64,000 bases of DNA from a virus. The stretch's first letter is position 1. Every line of letters starts with the position of its first letter. The notes beneath the pieces were generated by a model. That model saw nothing but the letters and a program-made list of their open reading frames with translations. It was not told where the DNA came from and did not search any database. A program made the position numbers and the translations under genes. Below are positions 10,401 through 18,473 of the stretch, piece by piece. Where the stretch lies: positions 3,562-67,561 of IMG/VR virus record IMGVR_UViG_3300031857_000130; one strand, written 5' to 3'.

Positions 10401-11627
10401 TTCGACACGCGCATCATGACTTCGACCAAAGAACGGTTGAAGCAGGCTGAAGCGGATTGGGCTGTGAAAAAAGACCCTTGGAATGCTCTCAACTACGTTG
10501 TCTGGAATGCGCTCAACTTCATCGCTGAACAGGGAACGAACATCACGGGCGTCCGATTCGCCCGATTTGCAGGCAACAAGTTCAACCAGTCTGTGAGCTT
10601 TATTCCGCTGGCTGGACTCCTTCGACTTTATGAAGCTGACAACGCCAAGCTGGAAAACGCACAGCAGGCTTTCCGTGACTCCATTTGGCGCAATCAGATT
10701 GTGGGCGTTGTGGTGACAGCCATTGGTGTTCAACTTATCAGGGCTATCTCAGACGAGCCGGATGACAAGAAGCGCGGTTGGTTCATCAACGGCGGCTGGA
10801 ATAACCTTACTCCTGCACAGAAGAAGCAGAAGCTCTCTGAAGGCCAGCGCGAATACACCCTTGGATTCGGCGACAAGGTGTTCAACTACCAGAACTGGCT
10901 TCCAAGCGCATTGCTGGCTGCTATCGGCAACGTCTCTGACATGATTCGCTATTCGCCCGATGAATGGAAATCAAAGGGATTTGCCAACCAAGTCATCACC
11001 GCTGGCGTTTCTGGCGTGCAATCCTCGCTGGAAATCCCCGCCCTTGCTCAGCTTGGGCAGTTGTTCGCCAACGACCTCGCCACCAAAGACCCGGCTGAAA
11101 AGGCCATCGGACGCTTGGGACAGGTTTTGGCAGGATGGGCTGGCGGATTCATGCCTCGCTTCCTCAAGGACATTGATTACATGACGGCACCTGACATGCG
11201 CCGTTACACCACGTTCTACGAGAAAGTCGCATCGCACATCCCGGTTTACCGACGCTACGTTGGCAACGACTACTACGATATTCTTGGCAACAAGATTCAG
11301 AAGAACGCATACCCCGGCAGCCGTGATTTTGGCAAGCTCAAGGACGAGCCTGAATACCAGATGCTTGGCGCTCTGAACGCCCGTGGAATCTGGCTGACAC
11401 CCGCCAATGCCGAATACCGCATGGTGGGCAAAGGACGCTACCGCCGCCGTTTGACGCAGGAAGAAGCCGACGCTTACAGCCTTGAGACGGGCAAGCTCTA
11501 CAAGCAGATGATCCTGCGCTACGGCCCTAGAGCCTTGCAAATGCCCGCTGAACGCGCTAAGGACTACATCTCAGACAAGGCAGACGCCATGCGTGATCTT
11601 GCCCTCCAAAGAGCAATGAGACGATGA
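1488..11627 (+). CDS. Giant polyvalent (LPD-type) internal virion protein
   Basis: 3379 aa. Gly/Ala-rich N-terminus; HExxH motifs (THENMH, LHEVQHWIQEQEGF); LPD23-like TGWFPGKYDGKMRWEVPD; ART-like block DAEYMAAVESGD...FHGT...IKSADPVTRDDAGNVIPLSQRF; DSGAF TIM-barrel-like insert. Confidence 0.85.
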   Translation: MPQWYEITRSEDYQTLAPEEKAQAKARFFEKQILPSLQSDDELNNNEAIQYAYEKFMQLPDDTGQGYVTSMLGAAGRGFGEMVPGAIEGVGALTGSEGLREAGQSLRGTLEEVAPVNPIYAESVPVKLAGVGGQALSMLATAGAGGAAGKALGGVGAVGKGAQGAALGSAFLQGAAGGAREAEQYGMTGPEAYLKTLAGGMTEAGTELLPFGMASETALAKRMFAGAPRATTFAGAVGSEFGEESLGQIASNITTKALAPAGVETPGITEGALEAGLYGAFGGGVMGGINALIPTAPEKQTAEQKQWQAEINATPVDVSPPITPEESQKNATEGGIPVVTPDGAVSWMPAVSQAIAQQGPQPQGMPSDIEQRLKALTENPEIEVAARTLNETKDVPFTDAAAETAANIVAQNAEISMQPPVQPEQEAEAPAVVEMPAPTQVGEAPLSEGAERNRAIIADAAAKMRGQLPPEVSAGLESVIPAQPTTPPEDALQIQIPDESLLREKRPEMELQGMGQQNAQPEEVAAEGEEVITPQGTPTPATEGMFTPGGVGSERDATKPEQMTPEELTSIAKQAKEWASTPISEIKRKYQAEFGASDAYMAAYPYAAEIYQERQVALSKITDKKAQKQHASNIQSALEDRKPVSAEAVDTYGIRLPEGYIKQGELYIFQPGATGEPVQAAPSAAQAVKATAPGPVSQGELILEETPKQSASRIKNNMTRFASGMSAIGDLRKGTYARAGHKNYGVGFDVGLLSKNAINELAQIILNLRTQVFIDSGAFSNFKKAIKAPVTGKKVEPLNFDQILAKYDEIIAAINDANLVEETDYPRPMLVMPDVIGNQAESLSLIEKYKNWIAVESSNSTSIPIIPIPLGELSLSVAYNRILEILGSNTLGIKIDPRRFVVGIPSNAEAISRNDLAKFLSQSKPPRIHFLGAAADKNINPLIDVVAENSPTTQVTADASKIRSAILKGVSDGKTRNQAIFDALYQEDDPLVILDAIKKQIPQTTTVATNETAPPSAKGEAVASAELQPVEGSIPTVPKVSAEETVKSTEKSLEAKTPALVNRRVEQILNAGGRTMVDDLDKFLKSLSDQEFNDFVRSNFFEDPSVAIKPTDSRQAKNAKRKAATDALAQGFIPSPKAQKEANAFEQAERELEQEQQKQNAQSISNLFGPKRTNPVRNQVKSADVEQAIGELQNSGEVPSAVFTWRGTSADMRRERAKYQAQFPGAVAAAEAENVEGVFENGMSFIFTDRVVVTDLDRARAKEDGVTPAVAAAKRVLTHENMHKGFWLLPAKQQAQIMRFLREMFPAEELDELAKVYKQYADWRTNPAHEVALLDERLQKYIEETKTIPTDGVWKQFWDYIKEIWRKWTGKPKGEPTLSSMKDVVRLLRGALKNAHKARPDVTVGGDMVLFSYAGEQAIENLPEERRQFMRDSLDTAKAMAAAGKNSEEIRAVTGWFPGKYDGKMRWEVPDEGARLRNTTADWNPLENWLDHPELFKAYPKSRNIPVRLDSSLKSGGVFAGNGIRIHPDASDGVLNILLHEVQHWIQEQEGFATGSSPAAELANLPRDQEVAEVARNLRVWWTRSVPPSRRVEIKDQLRERYGSGELTTLGMEIPDESAIEMLEAWESATQFMQPQEKAAADVLIKAIYDSRERAFGETGEQPTSQLRYLNNAAEIEARDVQARQKLTPEQRRATAPYSSENIAKEDAIVMFGRGTQASISYASESAQNSAAGQQAARSTSYTPRQLEVFFGVRKAYEQMPKQNGPSVPLSELFNKTSELVDNLTQAEFDKIVQDMYADNAALQNDQFEPNSIVILPTGAMQSLSNPALLTMDDAIQRIEGFTADNEDVDSWPDDVQQRFEESAYNSAIQDNDVLAAWELASPDVRDPKLEPLVEIARKGRQHDVEWDKVANGLRAAGKYSIESVDAELAKRLPQDIIDAAQEDTSALDEWVASDEVLADAKKPFIAEVEQRIADAIKRVEDTGRYTWNGSEFEPVEDEDVSVRYSLAASSEVAQKDAEYMAAVESGDMEKAQRMVDAAAKAAGTIWDVGSGQMFHGTRSSFTRMRVPAFFSPNPEVIYDQQQENKTHDYGDQIKSFFLFGKVKQGVEMPEYTWGVRSVEDDRIAVAEGEGYDIIELVPYGDTSGGENSFFVAINPSSIKSADPVTRDDAGNVIPLSQRFQTTSPDIRYSYAQTPAQRSAVSQFKADIGEAAKGTAEFADYEGRPIKDYEILPHAKMAAGLYQDAAARLLTSLENDGLTLQDIYLKLKENEDFRLELGLHKIGGNIAELILTAQILQRSKNAINKARTPSQKAQAEKISDTIADYFDGLSTEAGQLLRSVQYIYDDPRTKFSFEQLQTEKKMKKNGTEAVNNKMEGSLPQVKANLSNEIPKVDEQAATAAAKETEAAVEEDQDAIDLAEGEATLTDKQKSAWERFKDAIRTKGLIAKALKAIRERRDGNKARMSISGEARNAIFQMTEEELIALDKKQDEIMAEAEKAFFSEGDNTAKAKRKKMVNTAKKRSEQGKEVEAGVKDPTLAKVARAINVARKNIKGPSGKAIQWKQLFSQKGSTVEQVRKNILAEVMDNEAFRDMSDDQKKMVADYFAESWNSEREKIINDMIDKNRDMLANQDKKKAAKALNDSRNRILEAVNLGVFDNDELVAILGDKFGIKMKFTEAEKAKLRDLAEKLQDDTLNKAKRNKLGREFLMELEAASQVPMAELMANFWVSSVLSGPNTIISIGLSFLNATGINIVGIHVARAVTAFAKGDVAGAIKAITTMFSDYARHLLSFPSAMNRAWQYLWSGDVSFLESGANDPFKKVNSLKEVARYQVVADLIAKDPNAVKAVFGRFMQFMSRLLTALDGFNVMVTKAGTLHAAMLQSNITPEQIRDITLKSDLKIYKDRIVKSEFGGNYPTSLRDKAYLNSLAEAEMYADLSKLGLKVENQDYLAAESAMTLDPTGVGGHFYNLVRSFDTRIMTSTKERLKQAEADWAVKKDPWNALNYVVWNALNFIAEQGTNITGVRFARFAGNKFNQSVSFIPLAGLLRLYEADNAKLENAQQAFRDSIWRNQIVGVVVTAIGVQLIRAISDEPDDKKRGWFINGGWNNLTPAQKKQKLSEGQREYTLGFGDKVFNYQNWLPSALLAAIGNVSDMIRYSPDEWKSKGFANQVITAGVSGVQSSLEIPALAQLGQLFANDLATKDPAEKAIGRLGQVLAGWAGGFMPRFLKDIDYMTAPDMRRYTTFYEKVASHIPVYRRYVGNDYYDILGNKIQKNAYPGSRDFGKLKDEPEYQMLGALNARGIWLTPANAEYRMVGKGRYRRRLTQEEADAYSLETGKLYKQMILRYGPRALQMPAERAKDYISDKADAMRDLALQRAMRR

Positions 11628-12259
11628 AAGAGCTAATCCGCACCATCGAAATCCCCAAGTTCACCAAAGAGCGCCTTCGCGGCATGCTCCCCGATTGCAC
11701 GGTTGTCGGCGACCCATACGGCTGGTTCTACAAGGTCGATGAAACCAAGGTGGTTCTTGTCAGCTACGGGTGGTCGTCGCTCATAGCGGACGTTAAAGCG
11801 CATCTGGCTGGCAACGGGATCAAGGAGCCATTGACCATCGAAATCATGATGGCTGACTTTATCTGCCAGTATATCCCCGAATGGTGCGACGAGATTCGGC
11901 CTGACCGGGAAGCGAAAGTCTCAGCGTGGAAGATGATGAAGAAGTTCTACAAGGCCGTGGAGGCACGCTGGCATGAAGGACAGGTAAGCCAAGAGGAGGC
12001 TGAACGCAGGGCTGCTATTTGCGCCACATGCCCGAAGAACACGGATCAACTCACTGAGTTTTGCATAGGGTGTCATACACGGGATTTGCTGTCAAAGGTG
12101 ACGGATTTCATGCGGTCAAAGAGGACGAGCAAGGATGCGGAGTTGAAGGTGTGTGCAGCTTGCCATTGCAACCTGCGGCTCAAAGTGCATTTTCCGATTG
12201 TGAAGGAGACTGACCCTGACGTGGTGTATGATCCTCGTTGCTGGATGAACGAGGCTTAA
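11624..12259 (+). CDS. Hypothetical protein with Cys-rich putative Zn-binding C-terminus
   Basis: CxxC motifs (CATCP, CIGC, CAACHC); ATGA overlap with the upstream gene. Confidence 0.7.
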   Translation: MKELIRTIEIPKFTKERLRGMLPDCTVVGDPYGWFYKVDETKVVLVSYGWSSLIADVKAHLAGNGIKEPLTIEIMMADFICQYIPEWCDEIRPDREAKVSAWKMMKKFYKAVEARWHEGQVSQEEAERRAAICATCPKNTDQLTEFCIGCHTRDLLSKVTDFMRSKRTSKDAELKVCAACHCNLRLKVHFPIVKETDPDVVYDPRCWMNEA

Positions 12260-12483
12260 GCCTTCCTTTTCGTTCCCTTTTTCACCCCGCGCTTGATGAT
12301 ACCGCATTTGCCGCAGGACTTCTTATCGCCTTGAACAAGGTGCTGGTAGTATGCCGTGGTCAATTCGCCGCAGTCGCAAACGCAGGCCCAGATCGAGTTG
12401 CAGTGGGCATTTCGCTCCATGAACTCGACAACTTTAAGGTGTCCGAATCGTTTTCCTAGAAGATTGACCTTGGGGTATGGCAT
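12256..12483 (-). CDS. Stand-alone HNH-associated Cys-rich domain (GKRFGxL...WxCxCDCG)
   Basis: LLGKRFGHLKVV...WACVCDCG...KSCG; no HNH core follows. Confidence 0.7.
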   Translation of the reverse strand: MPYPKVNLLGKRFGHLKVVEFMERNAHCNSIWACVCDCGELTTAYYQHLVQGDKKSCGKCGIIKRGVKKGTKRKA

Positions 12484-12517
12484 AATAGCTCCTAGCTTAC
12501 GGGAAATAAGTAGGAGG

Positions 12518-12739
12518 TCAAGACCTGACTTTGCGGTTCAGATACCACCAAAACGGGCGGGTGAGGAAGTAGCTGAGCGCATTGCAATCCCACAGGACTT
12601 TGGGATAGAAGTCAACGCACTCGTATGCCCGGATGCCGTAGAACATCTTCACGCGGCCATTGGTCAGATAGCCTTCGTCCTCGCGCCAAGACTTCCAATC
12701 GAGCATCATGGCGATAATTTGCGGGGTGGTGTATTTCAT
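12518..12739 (-). CDS. Hypothetical protein
   Basis: 73-aa ORF translationally coupled to 12736..13281. Confidence 0.55.
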   Translation of the reverse strand: MKYTTPQIIAMMLDWKSWREDEGYLTNGRVKMFYGIRAYECVDFYPKVLWDCNALSYFLTRPFWWYLNRKVRS

Positions 12740-13281
12740 GCGGTTTTTTCAACAATGACTTGATAATTAAGGTGAAGAATCTTCAACTCGCGCTCGCAGA
12801 TGTTGAGGAACATGTCGATTCCCATCTTGGGGCAGTCCAGACGACTGAGTTCGTTCATTCTCCATTGATAATCATCCCATATCATGATGCCGCCCTTTTT
12901 GAGCGCATTCCAAGAACGAACGGCATCAAACAAAGCGAACCTCGCCCCGTGATGGCCGTCAATGTAAACAAAATCCCACTTCTTTGCCTCCAAGGAAACA
13001 TCATCGCTTTTGGCCTTAAACAAGGTGATTTTAGACCTGCAATTTAGAGCATCCACATTATGCCAGAATCGCTCCTCGGTTGACATCAAAAACGGATCAA
13101 CGCATGTCATGGTTGAGTCTTGATGCGTCAGGATATTCTGAGTGAAAAAGCACGTTGAGCGACCCTCGCAAACGCCGATTTCCAAAGCGTGGGCCTCCTT
13201 GCCGGTAAACTTTCCAAGGTGCTTCAGCCATGATGAGTAGTGGTTGCACGCCCAATTATTTGTCCAGATAGGTTCGCTCAT
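12736..13281 (-). CDS. Class I SAM-dependent methyltransferase (Methyltransf_24-like)
   Basis: ALEIGVCEGRS, DFVYIDGHH, LKKGGIMIWDDY. Confidence 0.9.
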   Translation of the reverse strand: MSEPIWTNNWACNHYSSWLKHLGKFTGKEAHALEIGVCEGRSTCFFTQNILTHQDSTMTCVDPFLMSTEERFWHNVDALNCRSKITLFKAKSDDVSLEAKKWDFVYIDGHHGARFALFDAVRSWNALKKGGIMIWDDYQWRMNELSRLDCPKMGIDMFLNICERELKILHLNYQVIVEKTA

Positions 13282-13832
13282 ATTCTTGATTTGAAGAAGA
13301 AAAATGTATTCTTAAACCAAGGGCATGAATCATTTGATGGTATTGATGCCCTGGATTTATCGGTTTCGTCTATCATAATGTCAAAGCCCATATTCTGCAT
13401 TTGGGCAATGACTTCGTGATTGTCTAAGCAGTTAACGTGACCAAGGCCGTGTTGCCCTCTAATAGCCCATGACAAGGCCACAAATTTGGCACCACGGGTA
13501 ATTGTAGTCAAAAACACCTCCATGTATTTGGCTGGAATATGCTCCGCAACTTCAAGACTGACCGACATTCTATCGGTGTAGAAACAAACTGGTTCGCATA
13601 AATTTATCTCAATAACGGGTGCATTAATATCTTGAGAAACTCCTTCTATTCCAAGCGCTAAAATTCCATTTTCTAAAAATGAGTTGACGTATGATCCATC
13701 TCCACAACCATAATCAACAATTGGCAAATTAGGACAATGGAAGTGATGAAATGAGATAATTGAATCTGCCACCGGCTTGCAAAAGCGATGCGCTCTTTCA
13801 TGTGGAGAAAATATACCAAATGAATCAGGCAT
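13278..13832 (-). CDS. Class I SAM-dependent methyltransferase
   Basis: IVDYGCGDG, SLEVAEHIP, GQHGLGHVN. Confidence 0.88.
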   Translation of the reverse strand: MPDSFGIFSPHERAHRFCKPVADSIISFHHFHCPNLPIVDYGCGDGSYVNSFLENGILALGIEGVSQDINAPVIEINLCEPVCFYTDRMSVSLEVAEHIPAKYMEVFLTTITRGAKFVALSWAIRGQHGLGHVNCLDNHEVIAQMQNMGFDIMIDETDKSRASIPSNDSCPWFKNTFFFFKSRI

Positions 13833-14448
13833 TTACTTTTGACGCCCCCTCTCTTAGCCATTGTAACTTGTTTTTTTGTTCCGCCGCATGAAGGGCTATG
13901 GTCTTATGAGAGATATTTTGATTGCCACACCAATTCAGATAGTTGGACATTCTGGCAACCATAATTCCCAATTCTCTAGCTGAACGATTCAAAAAGACCT
14001 CAGCATGATTTGGAACATCTTTTCCAAAATGTTCATCCATGTAAATGATGGCCATCTGAACGCATTGTCTTATTCTTTCGGAACCCATATCCAAAGACAC
14101 CAAGGAGAGATTAAATGTGTCTCTTGTCTTGAAATCTAGACCCTTGAATTTCCCACCTAAAACAGCATCGGCTGGAGCATGTTCATTCAATGAACCAATT
14201 ATCACATCGCCAGAAATTACTGGTAATGTATATGGCCTCACAAACCATAAATCAGCATCCATCATCCATACGGGCCTATCAAATTTTAACAAAGATGTAA
14301 ATCTTGCCCTAATAACATCTTTAGGATCAAAAGATTCACTTATCACAGATAGGGGGCCGCAAAATCGGCTTACTCTATCAGAGGCTTCTTGTGCTATGAT
14401 GGGCCACGATCCATGAATTGAATGAATAATCGAAATTAGAGGTTTCAT
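13825..14448 (-). CDS. Putative glycosyltransferase (GT-A fold)
   Basis: WMMDADLWF DxD motif, C-terminal IALHAA; resembles the neighbouring GT; AT-rich. Confidence 0.6.
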   Translation of the reverse strand: MKPLISIIHSIHGSWPIIAQEASDRVSRFCGPLSVISESFDPKDVIRARFTSLLKFDRPVWMMDADLWFVRPYTLPVISGDVIIGSLNEHAPADAVLGGKFKGLDFKTRDTFNLSLVSLDMGSERIRQCVQMAIIYMDEHFGKDVPNHAEVFLNRSARELGIMVARMSNYLNWCGNQNISHKTIALHAAEQKNKLQWLREGASKVNA

Positions 14449-15161
14449 CGCATGTCAAAAATACGAGCGGTTTCAAATTGATAGGCTTCTGCGCAGACAA
14501 TCAGGTTGTCTTGCTTGAAGACTTGCTCCTGAACTTGTAGCGCCTGCAACTTGTCCTCGCGTTTGTATCCAGCCGCATGAAGGCCAATGATGTCTCGCGG
14601 AATATAAGGCACCTGCCCCCAGACTGAAGCCTTGTGATAGTAATTGAACTTCAATGGCACCAGATTCAAGCCAACCCCAAGCTCCTGCACGGCATAGTTC
14701 AGGTAGAACTGATCCGTCACATCCACAGGCTTCGGAAACTTCTTCCGCTGAACCTTGGCGTGAATCTGCCGAGCACGCTGGAACACCTTGCGATGCATCG
14801 GATTGCGCAGGTCGCAGATGAAGAAGCCGCTGTTGAAATAGCGCAGCTTGTCCAGCTTGTAGAGTCCGCAGTCCGTGCTTGGAAACGCATGAGGATTGAA
14901 GACAGCGGAATCGTGGGTTGCATACCAATGCGGCGCATCCCATGCGTCAAACTTCACTGGACGAAGGAGCCAAAAATCCACATCGAAGAACACCACCCTT
15001 TGCTTTCCGCAATAGCGGTCTAACTCCAGCTTGGCGGTAAATCCTTCAGTATCCTTGACACGAATCACCTGAACGGGCAAGCCTGAGTGCTTTTTGAAGC
15101 GTTTAACGGCTTCTTTCTCAAGATGCTTATAGGACGGCGTGACGACGGTGACTGCGATCAT
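14445..15161 (-). CDS. Glycosyltransferase, GT8-like
   Basis: FFDVDFW, YFNSGFF, TDQFYLN, KFNY, IGLHAAG. Confidence 0.8.
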   Translation of the reverse strand: MIAVTVVTPSYKHLEKEAVKRFKKHSGLPVQVIRVKDTEGFTAKLELDRYCGKQRVVFFDVDFWLLRPVKFDAWDAPHWYATHDSAVFNPHAFPSTDCGLYKLDKLRYFNSGFFICDLRNPMHRKVFQRARQIHAKVQRKKFPKPVDVTDQFYLNYAVQELGVGLNLVPLKFNYYHKASVWGQVPYIPRDIIGLHAAGYKREDKLQALQVQEQVFKQDNLIVCAEAYQFETARIFDMR

Positions 15162-15194
15162 GTCTGACAACCTTACGGTTATCTTGCGAGCAAA

Positions 15195-15374
15195 TCAAGC
15201 GGGAACGTATGTGAAGCTCTGAACAGTCACCCGCTTTGATGGCAGGGTGCCGATTACCGTGGTGTTTCCATCCCGGCTGACATCCACTCCAACGCCTGCA
15301 TATCCCCACGTCCACGGGCGCATGGCAAACGGGCTGCTGGCAGGCTTGAAGTCTCCTTGGACAGTCGTAATCAT
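15195..15374 (-). CDS. Small hypothetical protein (59 aa, not in ORF track)
   Basis: MITTVQGDFKPASSPFAMRPWTWGYAGVG...; ATGA overlap with 15371..16210. Confidence 0.55.
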   Translation of the reverse strand: MITTVQGDFKPASSPFAMRPWTWGYAGVGVDVSRDGNTTVIGTLPSKRVTVQSFTYVPA

Positions 15375-16210
15375 CGGATGATGGCTTCTGGTGTCGGCGG
15401 CGGAAAGATTTGAACGGATTCACGCAGCCACAAGCCGTTGACCTGCTGCTGCCTGTCCTCGATGTAGAAATCAGCCCAATCGGTGAAATTCGTGGCAGGG
15501 AAAATCTGGCCGTTCAGCGACCTGTCCAGCGGAGGATTTACGATGCCAGCGCCATAGACGATTTGAGCACCCGGCACCAGTTCACGGAATCTGGCCGTGT
15601 CATGCAGGCACCTCTCAAAATTGATATTCAGGCCGATAAAGTCAGCGTTGATGTCAGTCGGAACGGGCTGCTCATGCTCCAAGGCACCATCGGGCCAAGG
15701 AACTTCGGACAGGTATTGCCGAACGATGATCCTGCTGTTGTAGCTGACGGCAGGGCGGAACTTGTATTTTGGGATGTAGCGCGGCGTTGAGGTGACGCTG
15801 GTGCCGTTGTTGATATACTGCGCCACCGTGGAACTAACAATGTACAGGTCTTCCAGCACCGAGGGCCAAGTGTATTGTCGATTATCCCGATAGACAGAGA
15901 AGGGTGTATTGCGCTCGTCCGTAGTCCTTGCCTTACCAAAGAAGAACGTGACGTAATCCGCGCCACTTTTCTCACATTTGAGATAGACGTAGTTGGCGAA
16001 CCCATCTGCTACACGCTCTTGATTTACGGCCCATAGGAACTCGGCATAGGTTGTGGCCGTTCCGCCAGTTCTGAACGCCGTCTGCGCAGAAACAAGCGTG
16101 CTACCGGGCTTAAGCAGCAGCCCCGTGTTGATCTTGCGGTCAGGAACCCGCACAGAGAAAGAAAACTCCTCTGGATTCGGTGTTGGAAGTATCTGGAAGT
16201 CAGAGGCCAT
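15371..16210 (-). CDS. Putative virion structural protein
   Basis: 279-aa ORF coupled to the upstream structural-like gene. Confidence 0.55.
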   Translation of the reverse strand: MASDFQILPTPNPEEFSFSVRVPDRKINTGLLLKPGSTLVSAQTAFRTGGTATTYAEFLWAVNQERVADGFANYVYLKCEKSGADYVTFFFGKARTTDERNTPFSVYRDNRQYTWPSVLEDLYIVSSTVAQYINNGTSVTSTPRYIPKYKFRPAVSYNSRIIVRQYLSEVPWPDGALEHEQPVPTDINADFIGLNINFERCLHDTARFRELVPGAQIVYGAGIVNPPLDRSLNGQIFPATNFTDWADFYIEDRQQQVNGLWLRESVQIFPPPTPEAIIR

Positions 16211-16923
16211 TATTGCGTTGGAGCATTGTCGGCGATAACATCACCTGCCTGATATTCGGCGTAGAGGTAGCGAGGTGCGACAGAGGCACCACGGTCAAAA
16301 ATCCAGAAAGTGCGGTTTACGAGGGTCTGGCGGAGGGGGTAATGCCCAACGTCGTCAGAAACCGTGGCTTTAGGGGTGCCTTCAAGGTAGCCGTCAAAAC
16401 CAACGCCACTTGTCACCAGCGAGCCAGTGATAGCCGCATTCGGGTCTGCGTAGATGCCAAAACCCTGTGGAGCGCCAAGAGTAGCGTTGTAGGAGCTTCC
16501 GCCGCTTGATCCTGCCGAGACAGCGCCCTGAACCCCAAGGCCCGTAAAAACGTCCCTAAACTCGCTAGACCACACGCGGAACTGAGGGTTGACCACGATT
16601 GCCGATCCAGCCGTGATATTGCTGCCAAGAGCGATTGCCGTGCCACCTTCTGTTGTAGCCAGCTTGCAGGTTGCCCCGCTGGAATTGATGGCGAAATAGG
16701 CCACCCCGGTAGAAAGGCTGGAACCGCCCGTCAAGCTGGTGAAAATCACCTGCATCCCGTCTGCCATCGTAGAACCCGTGATGGTGACTACGCCGGTAGC
16801 AGAAACGCCCGTGACAGCCGCGTAAGCCGTTCTCAATCCTGAGAGAACGACTTCGGTGACGGCTGAGTATTTGACGGAACGGGGATTGGCTGTTCGCCGA
16901 ATGAGATAAACGTCTTGCGCCAT
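16210..16923 (-). CDS. Putative virion structural protein (Gly/Ser/Thr-rich beta domain)
   Basis: Likely start MAQDVYLIRR; composition typical of tail or decoration proteins. Confidence 0.55.
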   Translation of the reverse strand: MAQDVYLIRRTANPRSVKYSAVTEVVLSGLRTAYAAVTGVSATGVVTITGSTMADGMQVIFTSLTGGSSLSTGVAYFAINSSGATCKLATTEGGTAIALGSNITAGSAIVVNPQFRVWSSEFRDVFTGLGVQGAVSAGSSGGSSYNATLGAPQGFGIYADPNAAITGSLVTSGVGFDGYLEGTPKATVSDDVGHYPLRQTLVNRTFWIFDRGASVAPRYLYAEYQAGDVIADNAPTQ

Positions 16924-17040
16924 AAAATGTGGGTTTGCTGAGAATATCACTTGCAAGGGCGGGCGCAAGGGAATAAGATTTGTCCAGCTTGAAAGAGCAT
17001 GCTTTGGGTGGCACCGAAGCAATTCGGCAATCCCAAAGTA

Positions 17041-17081
17041 GAAAGCCCCGCCTCCATGCCACCCGGAAGCGGGGCTTTTTC
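17041..17081 (+). terminator. Terminator-like hairpin or attenuator
   Basis: aaagccccgc...gcggggctttt. Confidence 0.5.
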
Positions 17082-17661
17082 ATGTTCCTGAACCATCTGT
17101 CCACCGGAAACGCTGAGATAAGTTCTTGAGCCAAAGCAGGACAGCCCTGCGCCTTTCCAAGCATTAAATAGCTTGGCGTGTAGCAGCAGGAGATCGTATT
17201 GACGGGCCTGTGTGTGAAGGAGCGGAGCTAGTTCTGACCGGGCTAGCTTAATGAAGTCCGAAAGGAGTCTGCCAGAATCCACGAAAGAAGATAAGCGTAG
17301 GCAAGCTGTCCGCTGCGCGAGCTGGAGCCGATAATATCGGTGTGTTGATGGGGCGTCGATTCCCAATTGAAAGAATCGTATCTCTGCACACAGACCCTTT
17401 TGCTAAGGGTCTGTGTGTGCATCCAAAACGCCGAGAAACCCATTGAAAGTAGCTTTATGAAGAACTTTACCCTAAACGCCATGAGTAGCGAATCACTCGA
17501 AAAACTGCTGAAATCTGAAAGCGAGCTTATGAGAAAGATGGCGGCAAAGATTTTGAGCCAACGCAAAGTGATTGTTGAGGCTGATGGTTTTGGCAAAAGA
17601 AGCAACCTACCAAGAATGGATTCGCATCAGCACGCCGGAAAATGAGATTCTGTGATGCTTG

Positions 17662-17690
17662 TTGACTGATGGCTGTAATAAGCGTAAGGT
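17662..17690 (+). promoter_or_regulatory. Sigma70-like promoter, near-leaderless
   Basis: TTGACT-N17-TAAGGT, ATG 7 nt downstream. Confidence 0.7.
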
Positions 17691-17697
17691 TAAAACC

Positions 17698-18003
17698 ATG
17701 ACCATCGCATTTGACATCGACGGAACCATTTCGCTAGACCCTGACACGTTTTACAGGGTGATTCGTGAGTTCCGCATGGCTGGATGGACAACCATTATTG
17801 TCACTGGCGCTGAGCAGCCGCCTGAAAAGTTGAAGAGGCTCAAAATTGATAGCGACGATCTTCCTATTATTGTCTCGGCAGGAATGTTCAAAGAACAATC
17901 TGCACGCAAAGCTGGCTACAAGGTGGACGTTTGGGTGGATGATATGCCGGGGGTGATTCAGGAAACATTGATCCTGAAAGACGGCGTTGACTCTGAGTTG
18001 TAA
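17698..18003 (+). CDS. HAD-superfamily phosphatase-like protein
   Basis: IAFDIDGT, IIVTG, VWVDDMP. Confidence 0.8.
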   Translation: MTIAFDIDGTISLDPDTFYRVIREFRMAGWTTIIVTGAEQPPEKLKRLKIDSDDLPIIVSAGMFKEQSARKAGYKVDVWVDDMPGVIQETLILKDGVDSEL

Positions 18004-18024
18004 TAAGCGTAAACTTTCCTCACC

Positions 18025-18261
18025 ATGCAATACTTGACCGAAATCACCGAAAAAATCACCGCAGCAGCCGACTTTGCGGCGCAAGAACACAAAGCCGACG
18101 TGAAGCAGATGCTCATGTCCAGCGCGGTGTTTAGCGCCGGGATGCTGTTTGCCAATTACTCATTCGATCCCAAAGTGCTTGAGGAGGCAATTTCGGCCCA
18201 TGAAAACACGGTGCGCAATGTTGTGGCGAGCATGGTCAAGAGCCAGATGCCTGCGGGATGA
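18025..18261 (+). CDS. Hypothetical protein
   Basis: Coupled ORF in a + strand operon. Confidence 0.6.
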   Translation: MQYLTEITEKITAAADFAAQEHKADVKQMLMSSAVFSAGMLFANYSFDPKVLEEAISAHENTVRNVVASMVKSQMPAG

Positions 18262-18473
18262 GAGAACTCTGCCCCAAGTGCCATAAAGCAGGTCGCAGCC
18301 TTTGGGAAGGCCACTGCCTTTGCACGGGCGATGTTCTGCTGCCGACTGAGTTCCATTCATGGAGCATCAAGAACCGGGTGCCGTTTAATGTGCCGCAGGA
18401 GGCAAGAGAGGTGCCGAAAATAGTTCCGGCGAAAAGAACGCTGGTTTTTGGTGAAACGATTAAAAAGAAATGA
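18258..18473 (+). CDS. Hypothetical protein (CxxC)
   Basis: ATGA overlaps on both sides. Confidence 0.55.
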   Translation: MRELCPKCHKAGRSLWEGHCLCTGDVLLPTEFHSWSIKNRVPFNVPQEAREVPKIVPAKRTLVFGETIKKK

